NCBI GenBank assembly: GCA_964016885.1
Contig: OZ024743.1
Span: 278,628,001 to 278,692,000 of the forward strand
From: Eledone cirrhosa
Lineage: Eukaryota
DNA: 64,000 bases
Direction: 5' to 3'
Shown here: in pieces, positions 12,091 to 24,428 of the stretch
Layout of the letters: the number at the start of each line of letters is the position of its first letter
Numbering within the stretch: position 1 is the stretch's first letter
The notes under the pieces: generated by a model
Databases searched by the model: none
Told to the model about the DNA's origin: nothing
The model's input: only the letters and a program-made list of their open reading frames with translations
Translations under genes and position numbers: made by a program

Positions 12091-12687
12091 TGGTGGGGGT
12101 GGGGGTGAACCCATGTGTTTGAAAATCAGAATATAGTGAGAACATTGAATGATACTATGCTCTGTCTCTGTTAGATCCGTTTACGCTCGATCTTTTTTGC
12201 GTACGTCATTTTCAAAGTCGATGAATCAAGTAACCTAAAATGTACTGAACTCGATATAACAACCTAAAATATGTGAAGGAGTGCTCACATCACTCAAATT
12301 TCTAGAATAGAAAATATTACAATAAGGCTTACTTATATTTACATACACCTCAAATAATACTTATTTATGTTGACATGCACCTCATATACATATACGTATA
12401 TAAATGATTCTTACGGCCACCAGACCTACATTGTTTAAAGCCACCGGCTTATCTTTACACTATATATAATACACCCCATGACAGCTTTTACATGTCAATT
12501 TTATACATCTGCCTCATGTCAGCTAGTTTTATACGCTAAAATCGTAGATATACTATACTTCCCAACTAGATTGATGTTGTGATTATTTCAAATAATTTAT
12601 TGCTAGCATTGTTAGTATTGTTGTTATTGTTCTGATTGAATGCCATTGCTACTATATATAGTAGCCATGCCTGTATATTCCTTTCAT

Positions 12688-12808
12688 TCTCACAAGCTCC
12701 GACGAATTGACTGGTTATAACTTTGTATTGGTGATCGAATAACGTGAAAACAAGCGAGTAGCGATCTCTAGACCTACCAGTTCAGAGAAACAATTGTCAG
12801 CAATGAGA
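12688..12808 (+). ncRNA. Degenerate HHR with ~80-nt stem II region
   Basis: gct-CCGACGA(12699-12705)-attgactggt...accagttcaga-GAAA(12787-12790)-CAATTG-TC-agc. Confidence 0.5.
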
Positions 12809-13044
12809 TTAAAAACCTTTTTTTGTATAGCAAACCGTGTCATTCTCCTTTCCTGATTTATCATTACTCCAAATTTTTACAACATACGAATTACAGCGTA
12901 CTCGCAACATCACTATGGAAACGCCTTGTTGGGTCAAACTTAGCCAAGCGTTTATATCATCCACTACCCGGGGTACCATAACTGGACTACACTTAAGTGG
13001 ACTACCTATAACAATAATTTGTTACCCCGTATATATATATATAT

Positions 13045-15060
13045 AAATGTATAAATTTATATTTAAATTAAACGTCCGTATAGAGCTAGTAAGCCATGAC
13101 AGATTCGGGGAAGTATCGAATACTCCTTACATCAAAAAGAGCTAGTGAGATAAGTAATAAAAAAAAAAAAAAAAAAAGGAAAGAAAAAACCCTAAAAAGT
13201 AAAATAAAGATAAAAAAAATAGAGAAAAGGGGAAAAATAAAATAAAATATCAAAAATAACATTTGAAATATTGAAGGCCAGTGGGAGGCAGACTATGCCT
13301 AAGAAAACGAAAAGTAAAAGAGGAAACAAGGGAAGCAGTAAAACAGCTAGAAGTTTCTCTTGTTGAATCTTTTTGTAGCTTCCATGTACTCAAAGATTTT
13401 GTTTATATTTCGTAGACCTGAATTCAAATATTGAACTTCTAATCTCGGTAGTTTTTTAAAGATCGGTTTCAGCATGGCCTCCCTTTCAGACTGATAGTTT
13501 CTATATTGGATCAAATAGTACCAAAGAGTTTCTGGAGAGTCACCACAAGAACATAGAGGTACGACCTGTTTGTGATAGAATGTAGTTAAAAGGTATAGTC
13601 TAGTTCGAAGCCAGGAAAGTCTTTTTCTATTTGCATAACTCAATGATCGATAAGTTTGAATGTTGTCAAATCTAGTTGAGAAGGTGGAGGTTTGAAATGT
13701 GTGAGCTTATCTCTGGATTCTTCCAAAAATGATTCCCATCCATGACTAATTATTTGTTTGCTAAATGATTTTACCTGCGAAAGATTTGGGATGGAGTTTA
13801 TATCTATTATTTCCCTTTGTGCTCCTTTTTTTGCTAATTTGTATACTTTCCTATATCCTCTTATATCTCTATGGCCTGGTATCCAAATCACTGTTAATTC
13901 TATATTATTTACTGAGAGGTAGTTATCTACTTTTAGCAGAGAGTTCTTAATATCTCTAGCCCGACCCCTTTTTGAAGACTGAAGCAGTCCTAGGTTCTAT
14001 AGACTATCAGTAAATATAGACTATAAGGACAATTCCTTAGATGAATATATGGATAATGTAATTTCTCACCATTCTGCATCAAATATAGTGTAATCCCGAT
14101 GTTTATAAGTTTATAACTTTATAATTATTTTTGAAACATCAAGTAGTTCCACTGCCCACTCCCTTGTCTGAATATGCCCCGTCTGTGTAGCAAACCCAGC
14201 TGTTAAAAGAGATTGACTGTGTAGTAGAGTTATGGAGATCTTTTGGTTCCTCTTTTGTGTTTTTGATCATTATTTTACACGATTTTAATTGTCCTACCCA
14301 TGGAGGAAGTCAGGAAATATGTTGTTTTCTTTTGTATTTAAACTGAGCAGGTAGCAATTTGCGTTTACTGGACTCTTCTATCAACAAGTGAGTTACATAC
14401 GGGGTGAATGAAGAGAAGCTGGCCCCAATTATATTTCTGTTTATATTACTCGATTTTTGTTTTACTTCAAACCATTAAACACAATATATTAAATATTCAC
14501 TATCTTCTGTTGTTCCTGTCTAGAGTTACAGGACATGTTCCTTATATGAATCCAGGCATTTTCTAAGGCGCTTGATGTTGAATGTAAAGTATTTACAAAC
14601 AAACTGGGGGTGGCTCTGGCGCTGATGTATTCCTTTAATTTAGGGAGGGGCCTAGTTTCGTTGACATAAACCTTATTCTTCAGTTAGCCCCTTAAAAGTA
14701 ATCTGTGGGTCTTAAATCAGGGCTGTGTGCGGCCCACTCAAAATCAGTCTTGAAACTGATCACACAATTTACACATTGTACTTCCCTTCTGAATGAAAAT
14801 GGGCTTCCTCGGAAGTTCAGAGCAGATTCAGAAAATGTGGGTTATTTTTCCATCTTATCCAACATTAGCCTTTCTCTTGGTTTTATCAGCTACAATAAAC
14901 TTTTGATTAGTCTGTATTTTTAGCATCTTTTTTTACAACCCTTCTGTAAGTTTCTGTGGAGCGACAAAAGGATTGGATTCTCCTGCTCAGCGATCGTTTT
15001 GGGCTCAATTCAACAGAATCACTGACAATCTCGGTAACTTCCTTGGTCATCCATGGTAGG
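13045..15060 (-). mobile_element. Degenerate I-group LINE (I/Nimb/Ingi-like) with RNase H domain
   Basis: Minus strand motifs in order: PPW, CYTDGA, TIFDAE, IFTDS, IWIPGHRDIRG..LAKKG, LRT..CSCGDSPET (decayed CCHC), then a T-rich 3' UTR; many stops and frameshifts; 5' boundary uncertain. Confidence 0.8.
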
Positions 15061-15398
15061 TACGGCGCTCCTCACACACTGTATTGAGGTTCTTTGCAGT
15101 CTTTTAGGTACCAAACGTCTTCACTCAGTTTTGTATGTAGACTTAGAAGGGATAAATATATGTTCCAAAAAATGCATGAAATTGCTCCTGGACATGCTTG
15201 TACGAGCCACACTTATGGTAGTATTTTAAAGAGAAACCAGGGGATGGAGCGTAGTCATTGTATCTGCCATGTCCTGAACTTTATTGTTGATCGGTTAGAA
15301 AATGAATATAAAGAGACAAAAAAATAAAAGTAAAACGTACCCGGGTCCAAATTGTTTTGCATCGTCCTATATTACTATAGATATATATTTATATAGAA

Positions 15399-15514
15399 GT
15401 AGTTCCACAACAGTTAGTTCACCATTACCGAGAACAATTGTTTCACCCTATTCGGATCATCAGCTCGGTCTAAATGAAGTTTACGGAAAAGGAAACTAAC
15501 TGTTTTGGAACTAC
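15399..15514 (-). ncRNA. Type I HHR with long extended stem I
   Basis: accgag-CTGATGA(15463-15457)-tccgaatagggt-GAAA(15444-15441)-CAATTG-TT-ctcggt; distal helix gtagttccaaaacagttagtt/aactaactgttgtggaactac. Confidence 0.8.
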
Positions 15515-15574
15515 ATTTACCAAACTCGTCCCATGCTGCTCTACTACTACGGATATAACCCACCAGTTTTCTAC

Positions 15575-15618
<44 letters not shown>

Positions 15619-15622
<4 letters not shown>

Positions 15623-15849
15623 GGAATAGAATGAAACGAAATTTCATTTCTCACTCTTAGTACGGCTAACAAGCTTGAAACTAGTACATCGTTCCTGTGT
15701 CAGTGTTGAAAAAAAATGTGACGTGGTTGCCTGAACACTGTACGGCGTAAATCAGGCTGTTCGTTTGTTTACAAACGAACAAAGCGAACATTATAATAAA
15801 TGTTCGGTAAACTGATACGTGCATATATATATGTGTGCCTGTATGTATA

Positions 15850-15919
<70 letters not shown>

Positions 15920-16429
15920 TGCTACTGTACGTCTGTATACATATATGTATGTACGTATACATACATACTCACATTTAAGTAAGTGCCGTACTAAGAGTGA
16001 GAAATGAAATTTCGTTTCATTCTATTCCATTTATCGTTTTCGGTGTGCCTGGCCGACTGAACTCACTCGATATGCAAATTAGGCTGCTCAGCCGTTAATT
16101 TTCATAAGGAAAGTATATACTTTCGGACGTTCAACCATCTGGCAGAAAGGTATACGGTGCTGACGATAGCTAACAAGCTTGAAACTAGTACATCGTTCCT
16201 GTGTCAGTGTTGAACAAAAATGTGACGTGGTTGCCTGAACACTGTACGGCGTAAATCAGGCTGTTCGTTTGTTTACAAACGAACAAAGCGAACATTATAA
16301 TAAATATTCGGTAAACTGATACGTGCATATATATATGTGTGTACCTGTATGTATATATATATATATATATATATATGCATGCTACTGTACGTCTGTATAC
16401 ATATATGTATGTACGTATACATACATACT

Positions 16430-16431
<2 letters not shown>
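15619..16431 (+). mobile_element. Retrozyme-like element copy 2 (about 1.5 monomers, 5' inversion)
   Basis: Inverted segment 15619-15666 joined to a half HHR; a full monomer follows; 504 nt between cleavage sites (15686 and 16190). Confidence 0.85.
16154..16196 (+). ncRNA. Intact type I HHR
   Basis: acggtg-CTGACGA-tAGC-taacaa-GCTt-GAAA-CTAG-TA-catcgt. Confidence 0.88.
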
Positions 16432-16521
<90 letters not shown>

Positions 16522-16581
16522 AACTATTTTCGAAGAAAATCAAAGGAAAAACGAGTGCTCTATGTATAGAACAGAGATATT

Positions 16582-16768
16582 TAATTAGAAAGTGAACAAC
16601 AATATATAACTACTCCATTACCAAAGGTTTCAGGACCCTATACAATATTAACATTCGTCTAGAACGTTCATCAGACAGATGAACGATCTAGACGAATGTT
16701 AATATTGTCGAGGGTCCTGAAACCGTTGGTAATGGAGTAGTTATATATTGTTGTTCACTTTCAAATTA
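16582..16768. repeat. 187-bp palindrome with its apex at an HHR core; minus-strand HHR at 16614-16679
   Basis: Centre 16675; minus strand tctgt-CTGATGA...GAAA-CC-ttt-GG-TA-atgga. Confidence 0.85.
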
Positions 16769-16831
16769 TATATATATATATATATAAAATATAATTTAAA
16801 AAATTTTTTCGCTCTACATGTCTGAATACAA

Positions 16832-17348
16832 TAAATGTAATTTGAGTCTTTCGAATATTAATAATAATATCGGATTCGTTTGCAATTATGCAAACAAGCT
16901 TAATTTTTAAAGCCATGTCAGTAGAATGAGCCCCTCATTCTTGCTCTTGTGTTGGCATGTGAACAGAACTGCAGACACTAATGTTTCTGAGTATTACCCT
17001 TCATCAGTACAGTTCACTGTTCACCTGCCAACTGTCAGAGCTAGTGAAAATATATGACATATTCTAAAATATACAGTGACTGATAGGCCTGATTTGCATA
17101 TTAGCAGACTGCCTGATCAGTCAGATCTGCATATTAGTAGATCCACTGATCAGCCAGATTTGCATATCAGCAGACCGGCCAGTCAGTTTCCTGTATACGA
17201 GCGATCAATGGCCGGCTTTGCTATATTCAAATAAAAAATGAATGAGGGGCTCATTCTACTGACATGGCTTTTAAAATGAGGCTTGTTTGCATAATTGCAA
17301 ACGTAACGAATATTATTATTATTATTCGAAAAACTCAGATTACACTTA
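16832..17348 (-). mobile_element. Inverted-repeat-bounded element containing an HHR and 3 x 33-bp repeats
   Basis: ~110-bp inverted repeats 16832-16940 and 17240-17348; internal tandem 17080-17179. Confidence 0.8.
16951..17032 (-). ncRNA. Intact type I HHR, GUC cleavage site
   Basis: gaactgta-CTGATGA(17007-17001)-a-GGGT-aat-ACTC-a-GAAA(16987-16984)-CA-ttag-TG-TC-tgcagttc; stem I extends more than 20 bp with a 2-nt bulge. Confidence 0.88.
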
Positions 17349-17543
17349 TGCGTGTGTGTGTGTGTATAGGCACATTCCTAAGATAGATATTAAATTAACA
17401 AAATATGACTAAAGGGACTGCATATCAAAATATGTGTGCTGTCAGATATGTAGGCTTTCCCATTCGAGTTCCTGTATCTCACTCTCTTTCTCCCTCTCTC
17501 TATTTACTTATCCCCTTCTCTTTCTTTCTTTCCTCCTCTCTCC

Positions 17544-17616
<73 letters not shown>

Positions 17617-17625
17617 TGTGTGTGT

Positions 17626-17738
<113 letters not shown>

Positions 17739-17775
17739 CTGTGTGTGTTTATGTATATATATATATATATATGTA

Positions 17776-17816
<41 letters not shown>

Positions 17817-18018
17817 GTATGTATACGTACATACATATATGTATTCTGACGTACAGTAGTGTGTATATATATATATACATGCACACATATATATATATGT
17901 ACGTATGGATTCACCGAATATTTATTATAATGCTCGGTGTGTTTGTAAACAAACAGCCGGTATTAAGCCGTAGTACCTAGCAACCATCGTTGCTCGTTTG
18001 TTCAACACTGACAAGGGA

Positions 18019-18061
18019 ACGCTGTACTAGTTTCAAGCTTATTAGCTATCGTCAGCAACGT
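18019..18061 (-). ncRNA. Intact type I HHR (inverted monomer)
   Basis: acgttg-CTGACGA-tAGC-taataa-GCTt-GAAA-CTAG-TA-cagcgt. Confidence 0.88.
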
Positions 18062-18579
18062 ATACCTTCCTGCCAGATGATTGAACGTCTGAAAGTATAT
18101 ACTTTCCTTATGCATATTAACGGCTGAGTAGCCCAATTTGCATATCAAGTGGGTTAATCGGCCGGGTGCACCGAAAACGATAAACGAAAAAAATGAAACG
18201 AAATTTCATTTCCCACTCTTAGTACGGCTGTTACTTAAAATTAAGTATGTATACGTACATACATTTATGTATACGGACGTACAGTAGTATGTATATATAT
18301 ATATATATATATATATACATACATGCACACATACATATATGTACGTATGGATTCGCCGAACTTTTATTATAATGCTCGGTGTGTTTGTTTACATACTTAT
18401 TTTTAAGTAACAGCCGTACTAAGAGTGGGAAATGAAATTTCGTTTCATTTTTTCCGTTTATCATTTTCGGTGCACCCGGCCGATTAACCCACTCGATATG
18501 CAAATTGGGCTACTCAGCCGTTAATATGCATAAGGAAAGTATATACTTTCAGACGTTCAATCATCTGGCAGGAAGATAT

Positions 18580-18622
18580 ACGTTGCTGACGATAGCTAAT
18601 AAGCTTGAAACTAGTACAGCGT
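18580..18622 (+). ncRNA. Intact type I HHR (monomer 1)
   Basis: CTGACGA 18586-18592, GAAA 18607-18610, predicted cleavage after 18616. Confidence 0.88.
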
Positions 18623-19012
18623 TCCCTTTGTCAGTGTTGAACAAAAGAGCAACGATGGTTGCAAGATACTACGGCTTAATACGGGATGTTTGTTTACAAA
18701 CACACCGAGCATTATAATAAATGTTCGTTGAATCCATACGTACATATATATATGTGTGCATGTATGTATATATATATATATACATACTACTGTACGTCCG
18801 TATACATATATGTATGTACGTATACATACTTAGTTTTAAGTGACAGTCGTACTAAGAGTGGGAAATGAAATTTCGTTTTATTTTTTCCGTTTATCGTTTT
18901 CGGTGCACCCGGCCGATTAACCCACTCGATATGAAAATTGGGCTACTCAGCCGTTAATATGCATAAGGAAAGTATATACTTTCAGAAGTTCAATCATCTG
19001 GCAGGAAGGTAT

Positions 19013-19055
19013 ACGTTGCTGACGTGAGCTAATAAGCTTGAAACTAGTACAGCGT
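19013..19055 (+). ncRNA. Type I HHR (monomer 2), core mutated to CTGACGT
   Basis: A9 lost; GAAA 19040-19043; cleavage-site position 19049. Confidence 0.7.
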
Positions 19056-19431
19056 TCCCTTTGTCAGTGTTGAACAAACGAGCAACGATGGTTGCTAGAC
19101 ACTAAGGCTTAATACGGGATGTTTGTTTACAAACACACCGAGCATTATAATAAATGTTCGGTGAATCCATACGTACATATATATATATGTGTGCATGTAT
19201 GTATATATATATATATACATACATACTACTGTACGTCCGTATACATACTTATTTTTAAGTAACAGCCATACTAAGAGTGGGAAATGAAATTTCGATTCAT
19301 TTTTTCCGTTTATCGTTTTCGGTGCACCCTGCCGATTAACCTACTCGATATGCAAATTGGGCTACTCAGACGTTAATATGCATAAGGAAAGTATATACTT
19401 TCAGACGTTCAATCATCTGGCAGGAAGGTAT

Positions 19432-19474
19432 ACGTTGCTGACGATAGCTAATAAGCTTGAAACTAGTACAGCGT
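19432..19474 (+). ncRNA. Intact type I HHR (monomer 3)
   Basis: CTGACGA 19438-19444, GAAA 19459-19462, predicted cleavage after 19468. Confidence 0.88.
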
Positions 19475-19738
19475 TCCTTTGTCAGTGTTGAACAAAAGAG
19501 CAACGATGGTTGCTAGGTACTACGGCTTAATACGGGATGTTTGTTTACAAACACACCGAGCATTATAATAAATGTTCGTTGAATCCATACGTACATATAT
19601 ATATATGTGTGCATGTATGTATATATATATATACATACTACTGTTCGTCCGTATACATATATGTATGTACGTATACATACTTATTTTTAAGATTACAGCC
19701 GTACTAAGAGTGGGAAATGAAATTTCGTTTCATTTTTT

Positions 19739-19771
<33 letters not shown>

Positions 19772-19772
<1 letters not shown>

Positions 19773-19946
19773 ACGCAGAGTAAGTCAATTGGTTAAAACT
19801 AACTTCGTTTATTCATATTCGGTATTATATATATTTCGGTGATAACAATTATTTAACATTTTTGAATAATGGTTATGACCGAAATGTATGTGACAGCGAA
19901 TATGGATAAACGGAGTTAATCTTAACCTGTTAACTTACACTGCTTG
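19772..19946. repeat. Fold-back centred on an HHR-like stem II loop
   Basis: 66-bp core arms 19791-19856 and 19862-19927, each carrying acc-GAAA-tatata-like sequence. Confidence 0.8.
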
Positions 19947-20039
19947 CTTTTAAATTACTCCTGAGTATACTTCGTGGTGTTCTCTACCTTGCATACTGAA
20001 GTGTCGGTAACCCACCAACACATACTCAAATTTATATAC

Positions 20040-20080
<41 letters not shown>

Positions 20081-20100
20081 CTGTGTGTATATATATATAT

Positions 20101-20143
<43 letters not shown>

Positions 20144-20189
20144 TGTATATATATATGTGTGTGTGTGTGTATGTCTATGTGTGTGTATA

Positions 20190-20915
20190 CGAGGTATGTC
20201 AGAAAAGTTCCAGGACTGATGTCACAAAATATTTATTTCAAACCCAAATTTCACACTAAGAGTTTTCTCCTTCAAAGTAATCCCCCTGGAGTATGTAACT
20301 GTAATCTTAGCTCTCTGCAGCGATCTAACTTTTTTCTTCGTAATTTTATATACATGTCCTCTGTTTCAGGTCGTCAAGCAATGAGCACAGAGCAACGAAC
20401 AAACTTGAAGTTTCTGGTACGGTTGGGGAAAACTCCGTCAGAAGCACTGGGATTGCTGCAGCAAGTGTATGGAGATGAGACGATGTCACGCTCACGTGTT
20501 TTTGAGTGGTGCAAGTTGACCCCAGGAGCGGAAGTCCCTCAACAACCAGGACTGAAGTCAACGTCGAGCGTGTCAGGCAGATGGTGCGTAGCGATCGTCG
20601 GCTGACTGTTTGACTGATGGCAAATGAGCTGGACATGAATCAGGATAGCGTCTGGAAGATTCTCACTGAAGATTTGGACATGCGGAAAGTCTGCGCGAAG
20701 ATGGTGCCAAAACTGCTGAACGATGACCAGAAGGGTCGACGCATGCAAGTGTGCCAGGACATCCTCGAGCGTCTTGAAATCAAACCAGACTTGCTCGGGA
20801 CAGTCATCACCGGTGATGAGTTATGGATCTTCGAGTACGGCCCGGAGGGGACCCGTTTTGAAGACGTTGACGACATCAAAAAGGCTGTGACGACGGAACT
20901 GCTGAGGATCCCGGA
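20190..20915 (+). mobile_element. Internally deleted mariner DNA transposon
   Basis: TA followed by cgaggtatgtcagaaaagttccaggact left TIR; no right TIR seen. Confidence 0.88.
20381..20915 (+). pseudogene. Mariner transposase pseudogene
   Basis: HTH MSTEQRTNLKFLVRLGKTPSE...VFEW; VCAKMVPKLL; ITGDELWIFEY; deletion to GTRFEDVDDIKKAV; frameshifted. Confidence 0.88.
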
Positions 20916-21040
20916 TAACCGTTCCTTTTTCTCTGTCCCAAAGAATGTTGACAAGGGAAGGGATTGATCCTCAAACTGAAGAATAAGCATGAATGCATAC
21001 GACAGTAGTTCTGCTAAAGGAAAATAAAGACCGGTTAGTA
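20916..21040 (+). other. Degenerate HHR-like segment abutting the truncated mariner
   Basis: CTGAAGA(20976-20982)-ataagcat-ga-atgcatac-GACA-gtag-tt; flanking taaccgttcctt/aaagaccggtta. Confidence 0.3.
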
Positions 21041-21346
21041 GTTATAAAGCAATCCGTGTATTACATCTGCGTGTCGAGTGGTTTACATGAACTCAGAACA
21101 CACGGTCTTATGTCCGATGCTCACATGGTTCAAATATTTTCCTGCAAATACACATGTGCGTGTAAAATGTTTAAGTATAGTTTTAGTTTCAACTCAGTTT
21201 TGAGCTATAAAGAGCATAAGCAGCGAACACACACACACACACACACACAAACATAACACAATGACAGACAGACACACATTCACACACGCACGTGCGCATT
21301 TAAAAAGCGATTTACACACTTTCATGCACACGTATATGTATGTATG

Positions 21347-21428
<82 letters not shown>

Positions 21429-21515
21429 TATACCGACACGCCTACATCCATGTGCCTGTATATATGTAAATATACATATACACACAAATATATATATATA
21501 TGTGTGTGTGTTTTT

Positions 21516-21557
<42 letters not shown>

Positions 21558-21823
21558 ACACATACGCACACACACGTATATGTATAGTTTGATATATATC
21601 AACACACACATGCGCATATATATATATATATATATATGCTCACCCATACATATATCTTACTTGATAGGTGTTGTGTAAGTTTGTATTTCACGGCCCAGTG
21701 ATCTTATGTAGTTGCCGCCTTTGATGTCCCACATTGCTTGTCATGTATGTTTTATTCTTTGCTCCTTACTTCGAGTTTGAGTGTGATGGATATCGCTGTG
21801 TATAAGTATGTATGTGGGTATAC

Positions 21824-21860
<37 letters not shown>

Positions 21861-22522
21861 GTGTATATACGCTTACGCACATACTCCCATATATATATAT
21901 ATGTATTTACACAGACTTATATATATGTAGTGAATGTATGTGTCATTGTGTATGTATGTAAGTGTGTGAATATTCGTTCATGTAATTGTGTTTTTGTCTC
22001 TGTACAAATGGGTTTGTAAGTACGTGTCTTTGTATATGTGTGTCCCTCATCGTGTATGTCTGAAAGATCTTTTAGTGAAGGAAACATTATTGTAAAGTGA
22101 GAAAAATGAAAAATGTAATTAATGGAGCATGCGTGGAAGCGACGAAAAACGGAAGGATGGGACCATAGAAGGAAGGAAGTAATGTATGTGTGGTGAATGA
22201 AAAATGAAGAATATCACAGTATGAATACTGACAAGAATTAAAAAACGTCGTGGAATTCTTATGAAATAGAAAGCATATAAATTGAGGACATAACATGAAA
22301 GAACGTTGATATCAGAAAATTGTAGAAAAAATAATCATTGTAATAGAAAGGGAAAAAGAATATACTTTAAATAAAAATCATGAAGGTAAATAATAACTAG
22401 GTATCATGGTACACATAATAAGAACGACCAGAATAAAAACCAAGTGACCAGTTAGAAGCGAAGGAATTATATAAAAAGAGAAACTATGTATATAATGCTG
22501 AATGAAGAACTATCTATTCATC

Positions 22523-23052
22523 ATTGGCAGAAGGTCGGACGCCATGCTTTGCAGCATAGAGTTACGCCCCTTTATAGTCTGAGTTAAAATCCCGCTGAGG
22601 TTAACTTGGCCTTTCATCCTTACGCGGTCGATAAAATAAAGTACCAGTAATGTACTGGAATGATTGCTGGCCTTGTGCCAAAAGTAGAAACAATTATTTG
22701 TCTATGTTCTAAGTTCAAATCCTGCCCAGTTTAACTTTGCCTTTCAACCTTACGGGGTCGATAAAATTAAGTACCAGTAATGCACTGGAATACTTGCTGT
22801 CCTTTTGCCAAAAGTTGAAACAATTATTTGTCAGTATAGAGTGGTGGTTTAGGAGAGGCGGTAAAGCGTCGGACATATGCTTAGCAGTATTTGTTCTAGC
22901 TCTTCATTTTCAAATCCCAGTGAGGTCAACTTTACCTTCTTTCCTTCCAAGTTCGATAATATAAAGCACCAATGAAGTACTGTAGTCGATAAAATCGACT
23001 TTGCCCTCCACCACATTACTGGGTTTGTGCCTAAATCAGAACGAATTATTAT
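22523..23052 (+). mobile_element. Three head-to-tail SINE family 1 copies
   Basis: Approximately 22523-22698, 22700-22829 and a more diverged copy at 22840-23052. Confidence 0.85.
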
Positions 23053-23271
23053 GCTGTGTAGATTCTCCATTATTTTTTCCGTAATTTATAGTCAATTTTC
23101 AATATCGTCATTACAACCGTGGGCACTGAATTCCTGATTGTGTTGTAAAACCACCGTGGTGATATATGAAATGTCTTGGGCATTTAAATCTGGATTCCAC
23201 TCTGCCGCCAGGACTGATCACGGTCGATTTCTAACAAAGAAAAATAAAAAAAAAGAGGGTGGAGTTACGAT

Positions 23272-23393
23272 TTTAGGAATACGATTGGGACAACATGGAT
23301 GAGGAAAGCACGATCCAGAGAGGAATGGACGGCGTGCTGTGACCAGCGGTGCCGAATAGACGCCCGACAGACTGGTCGGTCAAGGTGATCAAG

Positions 23394-23398
<5 letters not shown>
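23272..23398 (+). mobile_element. 3' end of an RTE-type LINE
   Basis: WMRKARSREEWTAC followed by a (tcaaggtga)2 tail. Confidence 0.6.
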
Positions 23399-23436
<38 letters not shown>

Positions 23437-23437
23437 C

Positions 23438-24147
23438 ACTTGTCTCGCTCGCTTTATGCGATATTACTTGTCCCAATAGCTTTATTTAGCTATTGCTCGC
23501 ACCAACTGGAGGTATATGATTTTTAAAGCGCTGAAATACCAATGAAGGTTGGAAAATCACTGATGAAGGGCTATTTTTTTCATATGTAACCTATGTGCAA
23601 CCACGCAGCACTCAATTCTCATGTTTTTATATGTATTTTCCCCAGCTGCGTTTGTCTGTTTCTCTCTTACTGCTTCCCCCATCTCTCTGTATCTCTCACC
23701 TTCTTTCGCCCCCTCTGTCAGTCACACTTTCTCTCGACTGGTCTCTTCCTCGCACTTCCACTCACTCACTCTCTGCTTCTCCCCTTCTCACTTCCTCCAG
23801 TTTGGCCTGTGTGGGGTCCTTTCTCGCTCACACCTTACTCACGCCGGACGGTCTGTGTCTCTCTCGCCCATGAAATTCACCCAGCTTAAGCTGAACGGAT
23901 ATCATGTGCTTGTTTCTTCCTATCTTTCCGTTGCTATACCTTATATGTTTGTTTACTTGTCTCGCTCGCTTTACGCGATTTACTTGTCCCAATAGCTTTA
24001 TTTAGCTATTGCTCGCACCAACTGGAGGTATATGATTTTTAAAGCGATGAAATACCAATGAAGGTTGGAAAATCACTGATGAAGGACTATTTTTTTCATA
24101 TGTAACCCATGTGCAGCCACGCAGCACTCAATTCTTCTCATGTTTAT
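23438..24147 (+). mobile_element. Partial tandem element (~517-bp period, ~190-bp terminal direct repeat) flanked by (TA)n
   Basis: 23438-23630 is repeated at 23955-24147. Confidence 0.8.
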
Positions 24148-24269
24148 ATATATATATGTATATATATATATAGAGAGAGAGGCATTATGCGTGAAAGAGG
24201 AAGTAACGATGGTAGCATTAGCCTGTTACTATCCACAATACATACAAACATATATTAATTACAGTGTTT

Positions 24270-24428
24270 GGACGCCATGCTTTCCAGCATAGTTACGTCC
24301 CTTTACGATCTGAGTTCAAATCCCGCCGAGGTTGACTTTGCCTTTCATCCTTACGGGGTCGATGAAATAAAGTACCAGTAATGAACTGGTTAATTGCTGG
24401 CCTTGTGCCTAAAGTAGAAACAATTAAT
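24270..24428 (+). mobile_element. SINE family 1, 5' truncated
   Basis: Matches the in-window consensus. Confidence 0.9.

Larger units (their letters stand above)
17811..19742 (+). mobile_element. Retrozyme-like tandem array: ~1.3 inverted monomers plus ~3.1 direct monomers
   Basis: Minus orientation 17811-18388, plus orientation 18391-19742; one HHR per monomer; periods 433 and 419 nt. Confidence 0.9.

Noticed and set aside
17811-19742. CRISPR-like or simple satellite reading of the array
   Set aside because: Units are ~430-bp near-identical repeats with no unique spacers, in a eukaryotic context with no cas genes
23528-23575. Type I or II hammerhead at CTGATGAAGG (also ~24076)
   Set aside because: No downstream stem II-GAAA; the upstream GAAA leaves too little sequence for stems III and I, and the pairing is not kept in the second copy
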